Shown here: in pieces, positions 21,547-33,200 of the stretch
Numbering within the stretch: the stretch's first letter is position 1
Layout of the letters: every line of letters starts with the position of its first letter
Source of the DNA: Sedimentisphaeraceae bacterium JB056
Lineage (GTDB): Bacteria; Planctomycetota; Phycisphaerae; Sedimentisphaerales; Sedimentisphaeraceae
Assembly: GCA_044440125.1 (NCBI GenBank)
Contig: JBITAJ010000028.1
Location: forward strand, 96,001 to 160,000
Direction: 5' to 3'
DNA length: 64,000 nucleotides
Program-made: the position numbers and the translations under genes
The notes under the pieces: generated by a model
Databases searched by the model: none
What the model saw: the letters and a program-made list of their open reading frames with translations, nothing else
Told to the model about the DNA's origin: nothing

Positions 21547-22719
21547 ATGGCAAGAAACAATAAGATCATGGTCGCAGGACATATATGCCTGGACATAACT
21601 CCATCTTTCAAGAACTACAGTGGAAATATTAACGATATACTGTGTCCGGGTAAATTAGTTAACGTCGAAGACGCCGTACTATCAACAGGAGGAGCTGTTT
21701 CAAACACCGGCATGGCTATGGGCAAAATAGGCATTGATGTAATGCTCAACGGCAAAATTGGTGACGACCATTTTGGTACCATAATAAAGAACCTCGTAGG
21801 CAAAGACAGAAGCAAGTCATTCAAAGTTGTTTCAGGTCAAAGCAGTTCATATTCCGTTGTACTTGCAATACCGGGTATTGACAGGATATTTCTTCACAAC
21901 CCTGGCACAAATGACACCTTCACCAGCAATGACATAGACTACGATGCAGCCATGGAATGCTGTTTGTTTCATTTCGGTTACCCGCCGCTTATGAAACAAA
22001 TGTACCTCAATCAAGGCAGTGAACTGGTAAAAATATTTGAAAAAGTTCAAAAAAACGGCACAATAACAAGCCTTGATATGACGCTTCCCGATCCTGACAG
22101 TGAATCAGGCAAAGTAGACTGGCCGGCAATAATTAAGAACACATTGCCATTTGTCGATATATTCATGCCAAGCATAGAAGAGATAGCCTATATGCTTGAC
22201 AGGAACATGTTCACAGAGAAAAAGAATAGCGGCAAACACGATCCCGTTCTTGCTTATGATGCCTGCGATTGTGAACTGCTTGCGGACAAACTTCTCGCAA
22301 TGGGAGTTAAGATAGTGGCAATCAAATGCGGTATCAATGGGTTGTTCCTGAAAACAGCACCCAAAGAAAAACTTACTGCACTATCGAACAAGATGAATAT
22401 TGAACTATGGGCGGATCAAAAGATGTGGATGCCGTCTTTCTTCGCAGAGAAATTCGCGTCCGCCACAGGAGCAGGAGATGCGACTATAGGTGGGTTCCTT
22501 GCCGCGGTAGTGAATGAATGCGGCCCCAGAGAATCGCTTGCAATCGCTAATGCAATGGGGCTTCAGAATGTAGCTCAGTTCGATACATTAAGCGGAATCG
22601 GGACATGGGAAGATACCGTCAGAATCGCAAACGATTCGTCATTGAAGCAGAATCTGCATGAGAATGTAACAGAGAACTGGCATTACGATTCAGGTAACCG
22701 TGTTTATATACCTGCATGA
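21547..22719 (+). CDS. PfkB family carbohydrate kinase
   Basis: GGAVSNTG, GKIGDDHFG, PSIEE, ATGAGD. Confidence 0.92.
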   Translation: MARNNKIMVAGHICLDITPSFKNYSGNINDILCPGKLVNVEDAVLSTGGAVSNTGMAMGKIGIDVMLNGKIGDDHFGTIIKNLVGKDRSKSFKVVSGQSSSYSVVLAIPGIDRIFLHNPGTNDTFTSNDIDYDAAMECCLFHFGYPPLMKQMYLNQGSELVKIFEKVQKNGTITSLDMTLPDPDSESGKVDWPAIIKNTLPFVDIFMPSIEEIAYMLDRNMFTEKKNSGKHDPVLAYDACDCELLADKLLAMGVKIVAIKCGINGLFLKTAPKEKLTALSNKMNIELWADQKMWMPSFFAEKFASATGAGDATIGGFLAAVVNECGPRESLAIANAMGLQNVAQFDTLSGIGTWEDTVRIANDSSLKQNLHENVTENWHYDSGNRVYIPA

Positions 22720-22771
22720 GAGAATAGAAAATATAAAACCTCAAAATATACAGAACAGAAAGCATAACTAA

Positions 22772-23959
22772 ATGAAAGAACACGTGTTTGTAGGATTTGG
22801 ATTTGGTCCGATTCAGAGCGGACTGTTTGCCTCAGAGGCATTCAAGAGCGGCAACTTCAAACGGATAGTCATTGCAGAAATCGACCAATCGCTGATAGAC
22901 GCGGTTGAAGCCTCCGGCGGAAGCTACCACGTAAACGTAGCGGGCCAAAATGGAATCATAGCCGAAAAAATCGATGGCATAGAAATGCTCAACCCCACTG
23001 TCGACGAGCAGAGAGAGCAGATTATTGATGCAATCAGCGAAGCAACAGAAATAGTAACATCGCTGCCTTCTGTGAACTTTTACGATTCTCCTAAAGGCGT
23101 AGCCTCAACAATTGCAGCCGGCATCAAAAAAAGCACTTCACCCGGCACTATTATTTATACCGCCGAAAACAACAACCATGCCGCGGAAATTCTAACCGAA
23201 GCTGTTAAGAAATACATAGACATAGACCCGAAGCATACTCAGTTTCTCAATACAGTCATCGGAAAGATGAGTCAGGTAACAAACGACCCTCAACTTATCG
23301 AAGCCAAAGGGCTAAAGACAATCGCCGAAGGCTATGGCAGAGCATTTCTTGTAGAAGAATTCAACCGCATACTCGTAACAAAGACCAACCTGCCTTCACT
23401 CAAACCAGGAATAGAAGTATTTGCAGAGAAAAGCGACCTGCTTCCATTCGAAGAGGCAAAATTATACGGGCACAATGCAATACATGCCCTGCTGGCATAT
23501 CTTGGCCTTGAGAAAGGCTATCGTACCATGGATCAGCTCGCTGATGATAAAGAGCTTATGGATATAGCAAGAAAAGCCTTTATCGATGAATCAGGTCAGG
23601 CACTTATAAAGAAATATGCCGACCTTGGAGATGAACTCTTCACCGAAGCTGGCTACAAAGACTACGCAGAAGATCTTCTGAAACGAATGACCAATCCATA
23701 CCTTGCAGACGCAGTTGACAGAGCCGCCCGTGACCCGCAGCGAAAGCTCGGCTTCACCGACCGCCTTTTCGGCACCATGCACCTTGCCCTCAAACACGGT
23801 ATTGAGCCGGTCAATATGGCAAAGGGAGCAAAAGCAGGAGTCAAGGTGTTGCTTGAAGAAAACGAACCTTCTGCACAGGCCGTTCAAAAAGCCCTCAAAG
23901 AACTCTGGGATGGGGATATCGATCAATATGCCGATAGAATGATACAAATGGTCGCATAG
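22772..23959 (+). CDS. Mannitol-1-phosphate 5-dehydrogenase-like (MtlD/polyol-phosphate dehydrogenase family)
   Basis: FGFGPIQSG Rossmann variant, AENN, KLYGHNAIHA, RMTNPYLADAVDRAARDPQRKLG..DRL. Confidence 0.8.
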   Translation: MKEHVFVGFGFGPIQSGLFASEAFKSGNFKRIVIAEIDQSLIDAVEASGGSYHVNVAGQNGIIAEKIDGIEMLNPTVDEQREQIIDAISEATEIVTSLPSVNFYDSPKGVASTIAAGIKKSTSPGTIIYTAENNNHAAEILTEAVKKYIDIDPKHTQFLNTVIGKMSQVTNDPQLIEAKGLKTIAEGYGRAFLVEEFNRILVTKTNLPSLKPGIEVFAEKSDLLPFEEAKLYGHNAIHALLAYLGLEKGYRTMDQLADDKELMDIARKAFIDESGQALIKKYADLGDELFTEAGYKDYAEDLLKRMTNPYLADAVDRAARDPQRKLGFTDRLFGTMHLALKHGIEPVNMAKGAKAGVKVLLEENEPSAQAVQKALKELWDGDIDQYADRMIQMVA

Positions 23960-23994
23960 TCCCTGAATTGAAAAAATTAAACTGTAAAATCACG

Positions 23995-24024
23995 AAAAGG
24001 TCCGGTATTGAAGCCGGACCTTTT
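23995..24024. terminator. Bidirectional intrinsic terminator
   Basis: AAAAGGTCCGG-8-CCGGACCTTTT between convergent units. Confidence 0.8.
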
Positions 24025-24123
24025 ACGTTTAATCAAGGAGGTATTTGCAGTTATGTTTTGTGTTGTTGTTTGTCTGGACATAAAAATACGGGCCTTGTGA
24101 TTTCTCACAAGACCCGCTTTATA

Positions 24124-24196
24124 TAGCCCCAAGGGGAATTGAACCCCTGTTTTCAGGATGAAAACCTGATGTCCTAGTCCACTAGACGATGGGGCC
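24124..24196 (-). tRNA. tRNA-Glu(TTC)
   Basis: GGCCCCATCGTCTAGTGG...TCAGG-TTTTCAT-CCTGA...GGTTCAATTCC...GGGGCTA; CCA not encoded. Confidence 0.95.
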
Positions 24197-24349
24197 GTCA
24201 ATCAGCTTTCAAAGCTGTTATCAAGCATTTCGCAAGCATATTTCCTTCGCCCGTTTAAGCGTTGGAGCGGATATAATACTGTTTAATTCCACTATTGCAA
24301 GCGTTTTTTTTGAAAAAAGATAAAATTTCAATTCACAGCGGCAACAAAC

Positions 24350-25141
24350 TCAGCTGCCGCGCTTCTTTTCGCTCTTTTCAAGCTCTCCAGAGCGGTCTTT
24401 TTCAAGGTTGATATCGGCGAAATCCTGATCATTTATGGGCAGTCTGACATTTAGGCCGGAGCATCTGTCAATTTCGGCTGTCGCATTTTCAACTTTTATA
24501 TCAAGCAGATGCCCGCCGAAACTCTTATCTTCCGAAATAAAGTGCAGATGGAAACCGGGTACGTTTATCTTGCCGACAAACTGCTGCAGGCAGAACCCAA
24601 CAAGCCGCCCCTTTATATTCTCAGCAGTAAATTCAGGTTGATTCTTAGCTACTTCCACAAGCGGCGGATAAGGCTTCTTCTGCGGCGGCACGCTTCTTGT
24701 ATGCACATAACTAAACCTGCCCTCTATCACAATAGCCGCCGGCACATTATCAGAGCCTATAAGACCCGCTATCTGCTCCTGCAGCGAATCATAATCACAC
24801 CCTGAAAGCTCCAGCGTATCCTCAGACTCAAACCACAGCACAGAAGCAAAAGGAGTTGTAACACTATCCTGCGGCCGGCTTATACTGCCGTCATAGCGAA
24901 CCTGATATATAACGCCGTCTATCATAGCCATCTCGCCGTCAAGAGAGTCGAAAGTACCGATGCCAGTATCACCGTAGCCCTCAAGCTCATCAAGCGTCAT
25001 AAACCCGCCGTAAGAGCCCGCAAGAAGAGCATCAATAGTAGAGGCCTGAGTAATAACATCCCCCTGCCGCTGCTGACACCCGCAACTGAAACAAACACAA
25101 ACAGCAAAAGCCAAACAAACAATAAAACGACAAATTTTCAT
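24350..25141 (-). CDS. budA: Alpha-acetolactate decarboxylase with N-terminal lipoprotein-like signal
   Basis: QASTIDALLAGSYGG, GDTGIGTF..LDGEM, RSVP.QKKPY, GFHLHFI....GGH. Confidence 0.9.
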   Translation of the reverse strand: MKICRFIVCLAFAVCVCFSCGCQQRQGDVITQASTIDALLAGSYGGFMTLDELEGYGDTGIGTFDSLDGEMAMIDGVIYQVRYDGSISRPQDSVTTPFASVLWFESEDTLELSGCDYDSLQEQIAGLIGSDNVPAAIVIEGRFSYVHTRSVPPQKKPYPPLVEVAKNQPEFTAENIKGRLVGFCLQQFVGKINVPGFHLHFISEDKSFGGHLLDIKVENATAEIDRCSGLNVRLPINDQDFADINLEKDRSGELEKSEKKRGS

Positions 25142-25167
25142 TGCAACTTAATCCTTCAATAAAAAAC

Positions 25168-25473
25168 TTAACTCAAACTGCTGTATGCAGAAACATATCC
25201 GGCAACATTGGGCAGTGCTATCAGCAGTATACCTATTATTGCTATCGGCCACCAAAGCAGACTGTCCTCAAATTTATCGAGCAGCCAGAAATATATTGAT
25301 GCGAAGATAAACACCACCACTGACGCCACAAGACACAGCATAAAACTATGGCCCATAGCAAGCGAAAACAGAAGATTCACAACCGTATAGATACCGGCAG
25401 TCCAGAACGGCATATTGGTTTGGATGAGAAACTTGACAAGTGCGATAACAATGAACAATTTTAAAATAAACAT
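25168..25473 (-). CDS. Small hypothetical membrane protein (about 4 TM)
   Basis: Hydrophobic ORF with GGAG RBS before ATG 25473. Confidence 0.7.
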   Translation of the reverse strand: MFILKLFIVIALVKFLIQTNMPFWTAGIYTVVNLLFSLAMGHSFMLCLVASVVVFIFASIYFWLLDKFEDSLLWWPIAIIGILLIALPNVAGYVSAYSSLS

Positions 25474-25615
25474 TATTCTCCAGCCTTTAATTAAACACCA
25501 ATTCGTTTGCAACAGATTAATATTAGTTAATAATAGGAATTTGTCAACAACATTACAAAACCGGCAAAGATATTAACTTTCAGAAAAGGCGTCAAAAAAG
25601 CTGACACTTAGGAGG

Positions 25616-26260
25616 TCAGGCGTTATCGGGATGGCCGCTTCTCCATTTCTCCATGATTCGGTTAACCTCCTCAAAGCTCATGTCATACCAATCAAGGTAG
25701 ACCTGTGCCACCGCCATAAAGTTTGGCGGAGTTTCGAGTATGATTATTTCGTCAGCAAGCCCGCTAAGCTGAGCTTTGGCAGTAGGCCCTGCCACGGGAG
25801 AAGCCACTACGACCTTTGCCGCGCCCTGATTACGGCAAAACATCAAAGAAGCACGAACAGTGGAACCCATCGCGATTCCATCATCAATGAGAATAACTGT
25901 GCGTCCCTCAATTGGAGGCAGAGGGTTGCCGCCGCGGAGCTTATCGATTCGTTTCTTTATCTCGGCAACCTGCTGCTCTTTTATAAGTTCTATCGTTTCG
26001 GAATCTACCTGACTTGCCGCCCATGGATGCATGAATACAGAGCCATCCTCGGCCACCGCACCGAACCCGGCCTCAGGATTATACGGCAGAGGCAATTTAC
26101 GCGTTACAAGCAGGTTCAGCTCAGCTCCTATCATCTCCGCGGCCTGCGCGGCAACTGCCACCCCGCCGCGGGCAATACCAAGCACCAAAACACCCTGATC
26201 TTTGTATCCCATCAGTGCAGCCCCAAGCTGTCTTCCGGCATCGTCTCTGTCTTTGAACAT
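25616..26260 (-). CDS. Phosphoribosyltransferase family protein
   Basis: FKDRDDAG, RGGV, VILIDDGIAMGST PRPP motif. Confidence 0.9.
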   Translation of the reverse strand: MFKDRDDAGRQLGAALMGYKDQGVLVLGIARGGVAVAAQAAEMIGAELNLLVTRKLPLPYNPEAGFGAVAEDGSVFMHPWAASQVDSETIELIKEQQVAEIKKRIDKLRGGNPLPPIEGRTVILIDDGIAMGSTVRASLMFCRNQGAAKVVVASPVAGPTAKAQLSGLADEIIILETPPNFMAVAQVYLDWYDMSFEEVNRIMEKWRSGHPDNA

Positions 26261-26395
26261 ATTTTTCTCCTTACCTCAAATTGCATACTTCATCTACGAT
26301 AGTAGTACAGAAATCAGCGGTTGTCAACTATCTTGTGAGGAGAAACGAAAAAAGCCGTCCTAAAACATTGTCTTAGAACGGCTTATGTAATTCAG

Positions 26396-26468
<73 letters not shown>

Positions 26469-26569
26469 AAAGAGAGGCAGATAATAACAAAAACAGCTAT
26501 TACAATCAAGCTTATTTCAAAAAAATTATACGCTTGTCTTTATCCGCAAGGCCAACTTCAATCACAAAA

Positions 26570-27490
26570 TCACTCTTGAAGCATACCAATATTTTTCATC
26601 CAATTTTCGCAGAGTTTTTTCCATAAAGCCAGTTCTTCCCTTACCGGCTCAGGACCAAAACCGTGACCGCCTTTGTCAAATATATGAAGCTGAGCATCAA
26701 CGCCTGCCTTATTCAAAACAGTATAATATCTGACGCTGTTTTCAACTGGTACGGCAGCATCATCTCCGGCATGAAACAGAAAGGCCGGCGGAGTTTTTGA
26801 GTCTACATGGAGCTCATTGCTGAGCATATTCTCCATCTGGGCATCATGCTCCTTACCAAGCAGATTTATCATCGAACCGGTATGCCTGATATCACTTTGG
26901 AAAGAAATAACCGGATAGCCGAGAATAGTAAAATCAGGCCGCAGATTTTCTTTCGCCTCGCCATCAGTCAGGAAATCATGTCGCCAATGAACAGAAATAC
27001 TGGAAACCAGATGCCCGCCGGCAGAAAAACCAATTACGCCAACTTTATCCGCATCAATCTTAAACTCTTTGGCACTTGACCTAACCACGCGAATCGCCTG
27101 TTGCAAATCACACATCGGCCATGGATAACCATACTCCTTGACTCTATACCTGAGCACAAACGCAGTCACACCAATAGAATTAAACCATTTAGCAACCTTG
27201 TAGCCTTCTTTTTCAATTGCAAGGCCTCCATACCCTCCACCAGGACAAACTATCACTGCAGTATCAACACGCTTTGATTCATCAGCAGCAAACACTTCCA
27301 AAGTCGGCTCACAAACAGAATAAACGCTCTCTCCATTATCAACCTCCTCTATGCCCTCAACTACAGGTCCAGGCACCTTTTGTCCCCAGATTTTTATCAA
27401 CTGATTTCCCCGCACAGAATTTTCTGAAGCCAAAGCTGTCACGCTACCCGTCACCATAATCAAAAATCCTAATAAATATACTTTTCCCAT
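26570..27490 (-). CDS. Secreted alpha/beta hydrolase (BD-FAE/xylan esterase-like)
   Basis: CPGGGY, GFSAGGH, D..V, GGHGF; signal peptide. Confidence 0.88.
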   Translation of the reverse strand: MGKVYLLGFLIMVTGSVTALASENSVRGNQLIKIWGQKVPGPVVEGIEEVDNGESVYSVCEPTLEVFAADESKRVDTAVIVCPGGGYGGLAIEKEGYKVAKWFNSIGVTAFVLRYRVKEYGYPWPMCDLQQAIRVVRSSAKEFKIDADKVGVIGFSAGGHLVSSISVHWRHDFLTDGEAKENLRPDFTILGYPVISFQSDIRHTGSMINLLGKEHDAQMENMLSNELHVDSKTPPAFLFHAGDDAAVPVENSVRYYTVLNKAGVDAQLHIFDKGGHGFGPEPVREELALWKKLCENWMKNIGMLQE

Positions 27491-27590
27491 ATCATTTCCT
27501 GTTCTGGTCTTCTAAAATCATAAAGATTAAACAATACAATTGAGTCTAATATTGAATTGAAAAATCAATCACTGCAAAGCTCCGGAATAC

Positions 27591-28184
27591 TCAGCAAAGT
27601 TCACCGCCGCAATATTGGCAGCGATCGAACGAATTTGGAGAAGGCCTTCCGCATTCAGCACACAGAAGCAGACTTTTATAGTCAACCGTCTTTGTAACCC
27701 GGTTGCCTATGGGCATATCCATAATTTCAGAAATCCGTTCAGCAACCTCTCTTGAATCTTCAGATTGAGTGCCTATCCAGTCGAGATGATACCTGTCAAA
27801 TAACCAGTTGCTTGTACGCCCGCCTTCACCATAATACTTCGCAAGCACAACCTTATCTTCATCGACTGTACGAATAAGTATCGTGAAAATCTCGTATGTA
27901 TCTCTGCTGTAGTCATAACGACGACCTGAAAAATCAAGATCTTCCACTTCCTTATAAGTATAATCAAGACACCTGATCTGTCCAAAACGGATTACTTTTG
28001 ACTTTTTGAAAAAATAGAGAATTCTGCTGCTTATAGTTACCGACTGAGTATCTCTGCACACTTCAACACTGCGTATCCGAAGAAACAGTGAGATAAGTCT
28101 GAAAATAATCGCAGTACTTATCCTGACCCTGCCATCTTCAATCTTAACTAACGGCCTTATTGCAAGTAGACGTAGAGCAAACAT
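27591..28184 (-). CDS. Hypothetical protein with C-terminal zinc ribbon
   Basis: CAECGR...CQYCGG. Confidence 0.7.
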   Translation of the reverse strand: MFALRLLAIRPLVKIEDGRVRISTAIIFRLISLFLRIRSVEVCRDTQSVTISSRILYFFKKSKVIRFGQIRCLDYTYKEVEDLDFSGRRYDYSRDTYEIFTILIRTVDEDKVVLAKYYGEGGRTSNWLFDRYHLDWIGTQSEDSREVAERISEIMDMPIGNRVTKTVDYKSLLLCAECGRPSPNSFDRCQYCGGELC

Positions 28185-28202
28185 ATCATCAAATTAAATG
28201 AG

Positions 28203-28796
28203 TTACAATATTATACTGGCAAGTGCCTTGTTAAGCAGTTGAAACATATTATATATCACTTTGTCCGTCACACCTGAGTAAACAAGCACAAGAACGACAC
28301 CAAGCCATATCATATTCCACTTAGAGGAGCTTATTGGTCTCATACCCGGTATTATGCAGGGCCATATTTTACTGCCGTCAAGTGGAGGTATAGGCAGCAG
28401 ATTAAGCATCATAAGGATGCCGTTTATAAGATAAGTCGCCTCAACAAACCCTATCAAAGGCGTTTCTTCTGTTGAAAACTTGAGAATGACCATACATACA
28501 ATGCAAAGCAGAAGATTCGCAGCCGGCCCTGCAAGAGAACTTAGAAGATAGTAAAACTTGGGACGCTTGAAGTTGTAAAGGTTGACCATCACCGGCCTGC
28601 CCCAGCCAAAACCAAGCACAAAAAGAGCAAGAGTCCCCAATGGAGAAAGATGCTTGAGCGGATTAAGAGAAACCCTGCCTTGAGAATACGCAAGTCTGTC
28701 GCCAAGAAGCATAGCACTCCAGGCGTGAGCCGCCTCGTGAAAGGTTATACCGATTATAAGACCGGGCAAAAATGTAAGAAAATATTCAAGATGCAT
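28203..28796 (-). CDS. Site-2 protease family (peptidase M50)
   Basis: HEAAH, AGPAAN, NLLPIPPLDG. Confidence 0.92.
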   Translation of the reverse strand: MHLEYFLTFLPGLIIGITFHEAAHAWSAMLLGDRLAYSQGRVSLNPLKHLSPLGTLALFVLGFGWGRPVMVNLYNFKRPKFYYLLSSLAGPAANLLLCIVCMVILKFSTEETPLIGFVEATYLINGILMMLNLLPIPPLDGSKIWPCIIPGMRPISSSKWNMIWLGVVLVLVYSGVTDKVIYNMFQLLNKALASIIL

Positions 28797-29018
28797 ATAA
28801 TGCTTCTATGTTTGTAAAAAATCCGCTAACCAATACGACAGAGAACACTTCAACCAACATTATTGAACTGCTAATCTGCCAAAACCAATAACTATAATAT
28901 TCTATAGTATAGCGGTTAGTTTTTTTATTACAAACATTAAATCATTACACGCGGAAAATGTTGAGAGAAATATTTTCTTACATTCCCGTTGCATATATTT
29001 CTTCTTAGAGGCTCTTTA

Positions 29019-30110
29019 TTAAATTATACTTCCAAGCAAAGCTTGCAGTTGGTCTTCCTGCTCAATTATAGACTCCACAAGTTTTATCTGAGTGCGGCAG
29101 CGATCTATATTATGCTCTGGATATTTAGTCTTGAAATAAGTATCACCGCTGAGATAATCAGTAAGGAATCTTACGCCTATCATAAGCGTTATCATCTTGC
29201 CGCTGAGTATAAGATTATCTTTTTCCGCATCATTAAGAAAAGCACCTGCGGTTGAAAGATAGCCGCGAAGAACAGCCTCAAACCTGTCCTGACGCAACCC
29301 AACTTTACTGAGGTCTTTCTCATCCTCAGCAGTCGGACTTGCCGTGGTTCTTACCATATCACCGAAATCGTACAGTGCAAGCCCGGGCATAACGGTATCA
29401 AGATCGATAACACATATTCCTTTATCCGTCTCGTTATCAATCATGACATTATTGATTTTCGTATCATTGTGAGTAATACGAACAGGTATCTTGCCCGCCT
29501 CAACAAGAGCCGGCAGCACATCAAAAACCGGTGACAAAGCAACAATCTTATCTATCTCAGACTTTGCAGAAGCCGCCCTGTTGACACTATCGGTTTCAAT
29601 CGCCTCCAAGAGTGTCTTATAGCGTTTGGGACCGTTATGAAAATCTGGAATAGTCTCATTGAGAGGCTCACCGCCCAAATCCGATACAAGATTCTGAAAA
29701 CTGCCAAATGCCTGAGCCGCCTGGAATATCTGTTCATTTGTCTCTGGAACGTCGTAAGTTACCGCATTTTCAATAAAGAGATAACATCTCCAGTAAGAGC
29801 CCTCATCATCAATGAAATAATCCTTGCCGTCATTCGCCTTTACAAGGGTAAGAGTCTTGCGGGAAGCATCCTGATCACTTGCGCCAAGACGACTGCGGCA
29901 ATGCTCGGTTACGCGAGCAATATTGCTCATCAGAGCTTGTGGATTCTTGAAAATATTGTGGTTTATACGCTGAAATATATAACGTACTTTCAAGCCGGCC
30001 TGACTGCAAACAACAGCATAAGTATCATTTATATGCCCGCTGCCGTAAGGTGCTGCTGAAATAAAATCTCCAAAAATACAAAACGACTTAAAAATATCAC
30101 CCATATCCAT
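29019..30110 (-). CDS. Aminoglycoside-phosphotransferase-fold sugar kinase (N-acetylhexosamine 1-kinase/MdsC-like)
   Basis: GSGHINDTY, QRIN..IF, TIPDFH, RITHNDTKINN, IDLDTVMPG, RFLTDYL.GD.YFK. Confidence 0.85.
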   Translation of the reverse strand: MDMGDIFKSFCIFGDFISAAPYGSGHINDTYAVVCSQAGLKVRYIFQRINHNIFKNPQALMSNIARVTEHCRSRLGASDQDASRKTLTLVKANDGKDYFIDDEGSYWRCYLFIENAVTYDVPETNEQIFQAAQAFGSFQNLVSDLGGEPLNETIPDFHNGPKRYKTLLEAIETDSVNRAASAKSEIDKIVALSPVFDVLPALVEAGKIPVRITHNDTKINNVMIDNETDKGICVIDLDTVMPGLALYDFGDMVRTTASPTAEDEKDLSKVGLRQDRFEAVLRGYLSTAGAFLNDAEKDNLILSGKMITLMIGVRFLTDYLSGDTYFKTKYPEHNIDRCRTQIKLVESIIEQEDQLQALLGSII

Positions 30111-30254
30111 GTTAAAATTCCTGTTTCCGTAAACATCAATTAATTATAGCGTTACAATATTACAGGTTTATTTTAATATTAATTTAAGCAGAATAAAATA
30201 ATCACAAGTAACATTATGATGGATATAAGTAACTCAAATCAAGCCACATTTTTC

Positions 30255-33200
30255 TCATGCACCAGGAAGCGTAAAATGGAAAGTTGCACCCTCACCGTCT
30301 TCAGACTCGACCCATATAGAGCCGTTGTGCCTGTCAACAATCCTTTTGGCCACAGAAAGACCTATGCCCGTGCCATCGTATTCCTGACGGCTGTTGAGAC
30401 GTTTGAATATATCGAAGATCTTATCATGGAACTCCGACTTGATTCCAATACCGTTATCTTTGATCATAAAATGAACATTATGATCTTCACGAATGCTTGA
30501 GATATCTATTTGGGGTGTCCTGTCTTTTGAACGGAATTTTATTGCATTGGAAATGAGGTTCTGCATTAACTGAACAATAAGAAGCTCACTACCCCTTACC
30601 TCATCAAGGTCCCCGGCGTTTATCTGAACATTTGCCTCACTTATAGACCTCTCAAGGTTTGCCGAGACTGTCTTGAATACATGATTCATATCGACAGAAT
30701 CCATTCTCACAAGATTATTACCAACTCTCGAATAATCGAGAAGACCCTGTATCAGATCATACATGCGCCTGACACTCTGTATGATAAGATGCATATATCC
30801 AACAGCCTCTTTATCAAACAATGAACCGTATTCCCTCTCAAGGAGCTCTACATACAAACCGATTGTACGCAACGGTTCTCGGAGATCATGAGATGCAATG
30901 TAAGCAAACTGCTCAAGATCTTCATTGCTTCTCTTCAAAGCCTTGAGCATTCTGTTTCGTTCAGTTATATCTGAAGCCATTGCAAGAACATACTTTATTT
31001 CACCATCATAACCGGTTATAGGAACTGCCATCAACTCTACTTCAATGATTCTTCCATCCTGGCAGATGTATCTCTTATCCTCAACAAAGCTTTGGACTTC
31101 ACCGGCAAATATCTTACGATAATTTTCAATACTCGATTCTCTGTCATCTACATGGGTAAACTCTATGATTGAATTCTGACGGAGTTCTTTTATCGAATAG
31201 CCCAACTTCTCACAATACGGATTTATATACATTGGCTTAAGATCAGAATCAACAAGTGCTATCATCATCGTAGCATTATCAAACATAGCCTTAAGACGCT
31301 GCTCACTATCACGAAGCTGAAGCTCTTTATTCTTCATCTCGGTTATATCCGTATTTGCACCCATAAATTTATGAGGCCGTCCGCTTGAATCCCTTCCAAT
31401 TACCTTTCCAAGCGACCTAACCCATATCCATTTCCCCGAACCAACTTTATATCTGAAGGTAACATCGTAATTGTCAATTTTACCGCATAAACAGTCTTCT
31501 ATATTCCTCCTGACCTCAGCCAAGTTATCTTTATGAATATTATCAATAACCTTATCAACATGGAATGTCTTGCCGTTTTTCCATGAGAACATCTTGACCC
31601 AGTTATCGTCAACAGTAAACATACCCGTATTGATATTCCACTGCCATAAGCCCACGCATGCAGCCTCCACGGCAAGCTTGCGATACTCTGTTTCTTCAAG
31701 CAGACGTACTCTGCGGTGATACTCCTGAGTAACATCCCTGAAAACAAGCACTACACCTCTAACCTCTCCTTGTGAATCGCGTATAGGCGATATACTGTCA
31801 GATATTTGATAACGCTTACCATCTCTCCTGATAAGAGTAGTATCTTTTGAAAGAGCTATAGGAGTACCGGCAGAAATTGCCCTTGAAACAGGATCTTCTA
31901 TAGCCTTTTCCGATTCTGTCTCAATAGCTTTGAAAACTTTCTCAAGCGGCTCTCCTAAAGCCTTGTCAATATCCCAGCCTGTCAACTTCTCCGCAACCAG
32001 ATTGATATTAGTAATCCTGCCATGCGTATCAGTCGCAATAACTGCATCGCCGATAGATTCAAGTATCGTCTTGAAATGCTCCTTCTCGGAAGCAAGCTCA
32101 ATCTGCAGAATCTTGCTCTCGGTGACATCATAACTTACTCCAAGCATTCGAGTCGGTTTTGTACACGAAGGCTGTTCCATTACGCGCCCCACTGCCTTTA
32201 TCCAGACCCACTCATCCGGCTCCTTCTCAATTCGGAATACAGAAATATAGTCATCAGTCTGACCACTAATGCACCGTTGAGCATCAAGCTCTAAGGTCTC
32301 AAGATCATCAGGATGAACTTTAGCAAATATTCTGTCTGCCGCAATAACTTCCTCACTGTCTTCAAATCCAAAAAGAGCTCTCCATCTCTTATCAACCGTA
32401 ACCATACCCGTCTCTATATCCCAATCCCATGTACCCATTGAACCGGCATCGATGGCAAGCCTATTGCGTTCTGTTTGCTCAAAAAGCTGCTCCTGCTGCT
32501 TGTACTCATCAGTGACATCACGAAAGACAAGCACTACTCCCATTATACTATCAAAAGAATCTTTTATAGGCGCAGCACTGTCTGCTATTTGATACTCACT
32601 GCCATCCTTTGATATAAGTACAGTATGATTCGCAAGCCCAACAATCCATCCTGTTTCGAGTACTCTTGCAACAGGATTATCAACTTCCTGCCTTGTATAG
32701 GAATTAACGATCTTGAACACTTCTTTGAGATCCTTACCCAGTGCATCAGACTCTTTCCAACCGGTAAGCTTTTCAGAAACTGCATTAAGCCTGGTAATCC
32801 TGCCATGAGTATCAGTGGCAATGACGCCATCACCAATCGAGTTAAGAGTTATACGGGCATTTTCCTTTTCCTCCTCTAATTGCTCAGAAGTTTCTTGATG
32901 ATGCTTTACCTCTTCAGCAAGTTTTTTATTTATATCAAATAACTCATCTCTTGATGTAGTGGTGTGTTTCAATCTTTCGATCATATCATTGATTTCTCTG
33001 GCAAGATAAGATATTTCATCTTTCTTGTCGATATTTATTTTATGATCAAGATCTCCGCCGCTTATCTTCCTAATTCCATCTATGACAAGTGAAAGCGGTC
33101 TCGTAATACTTCGGGTTATCATAATGCTTATTATAACTGCAGAAGCAGCAGCTATGATAAGGAATAAAGATGTCAGAATTATCGTATTTGTAAGAGTTTG

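Noticed and set aside
23977..24201. 74-aa ORF
   Set aside because: Overlaps tRNA-Glu and a terminator.
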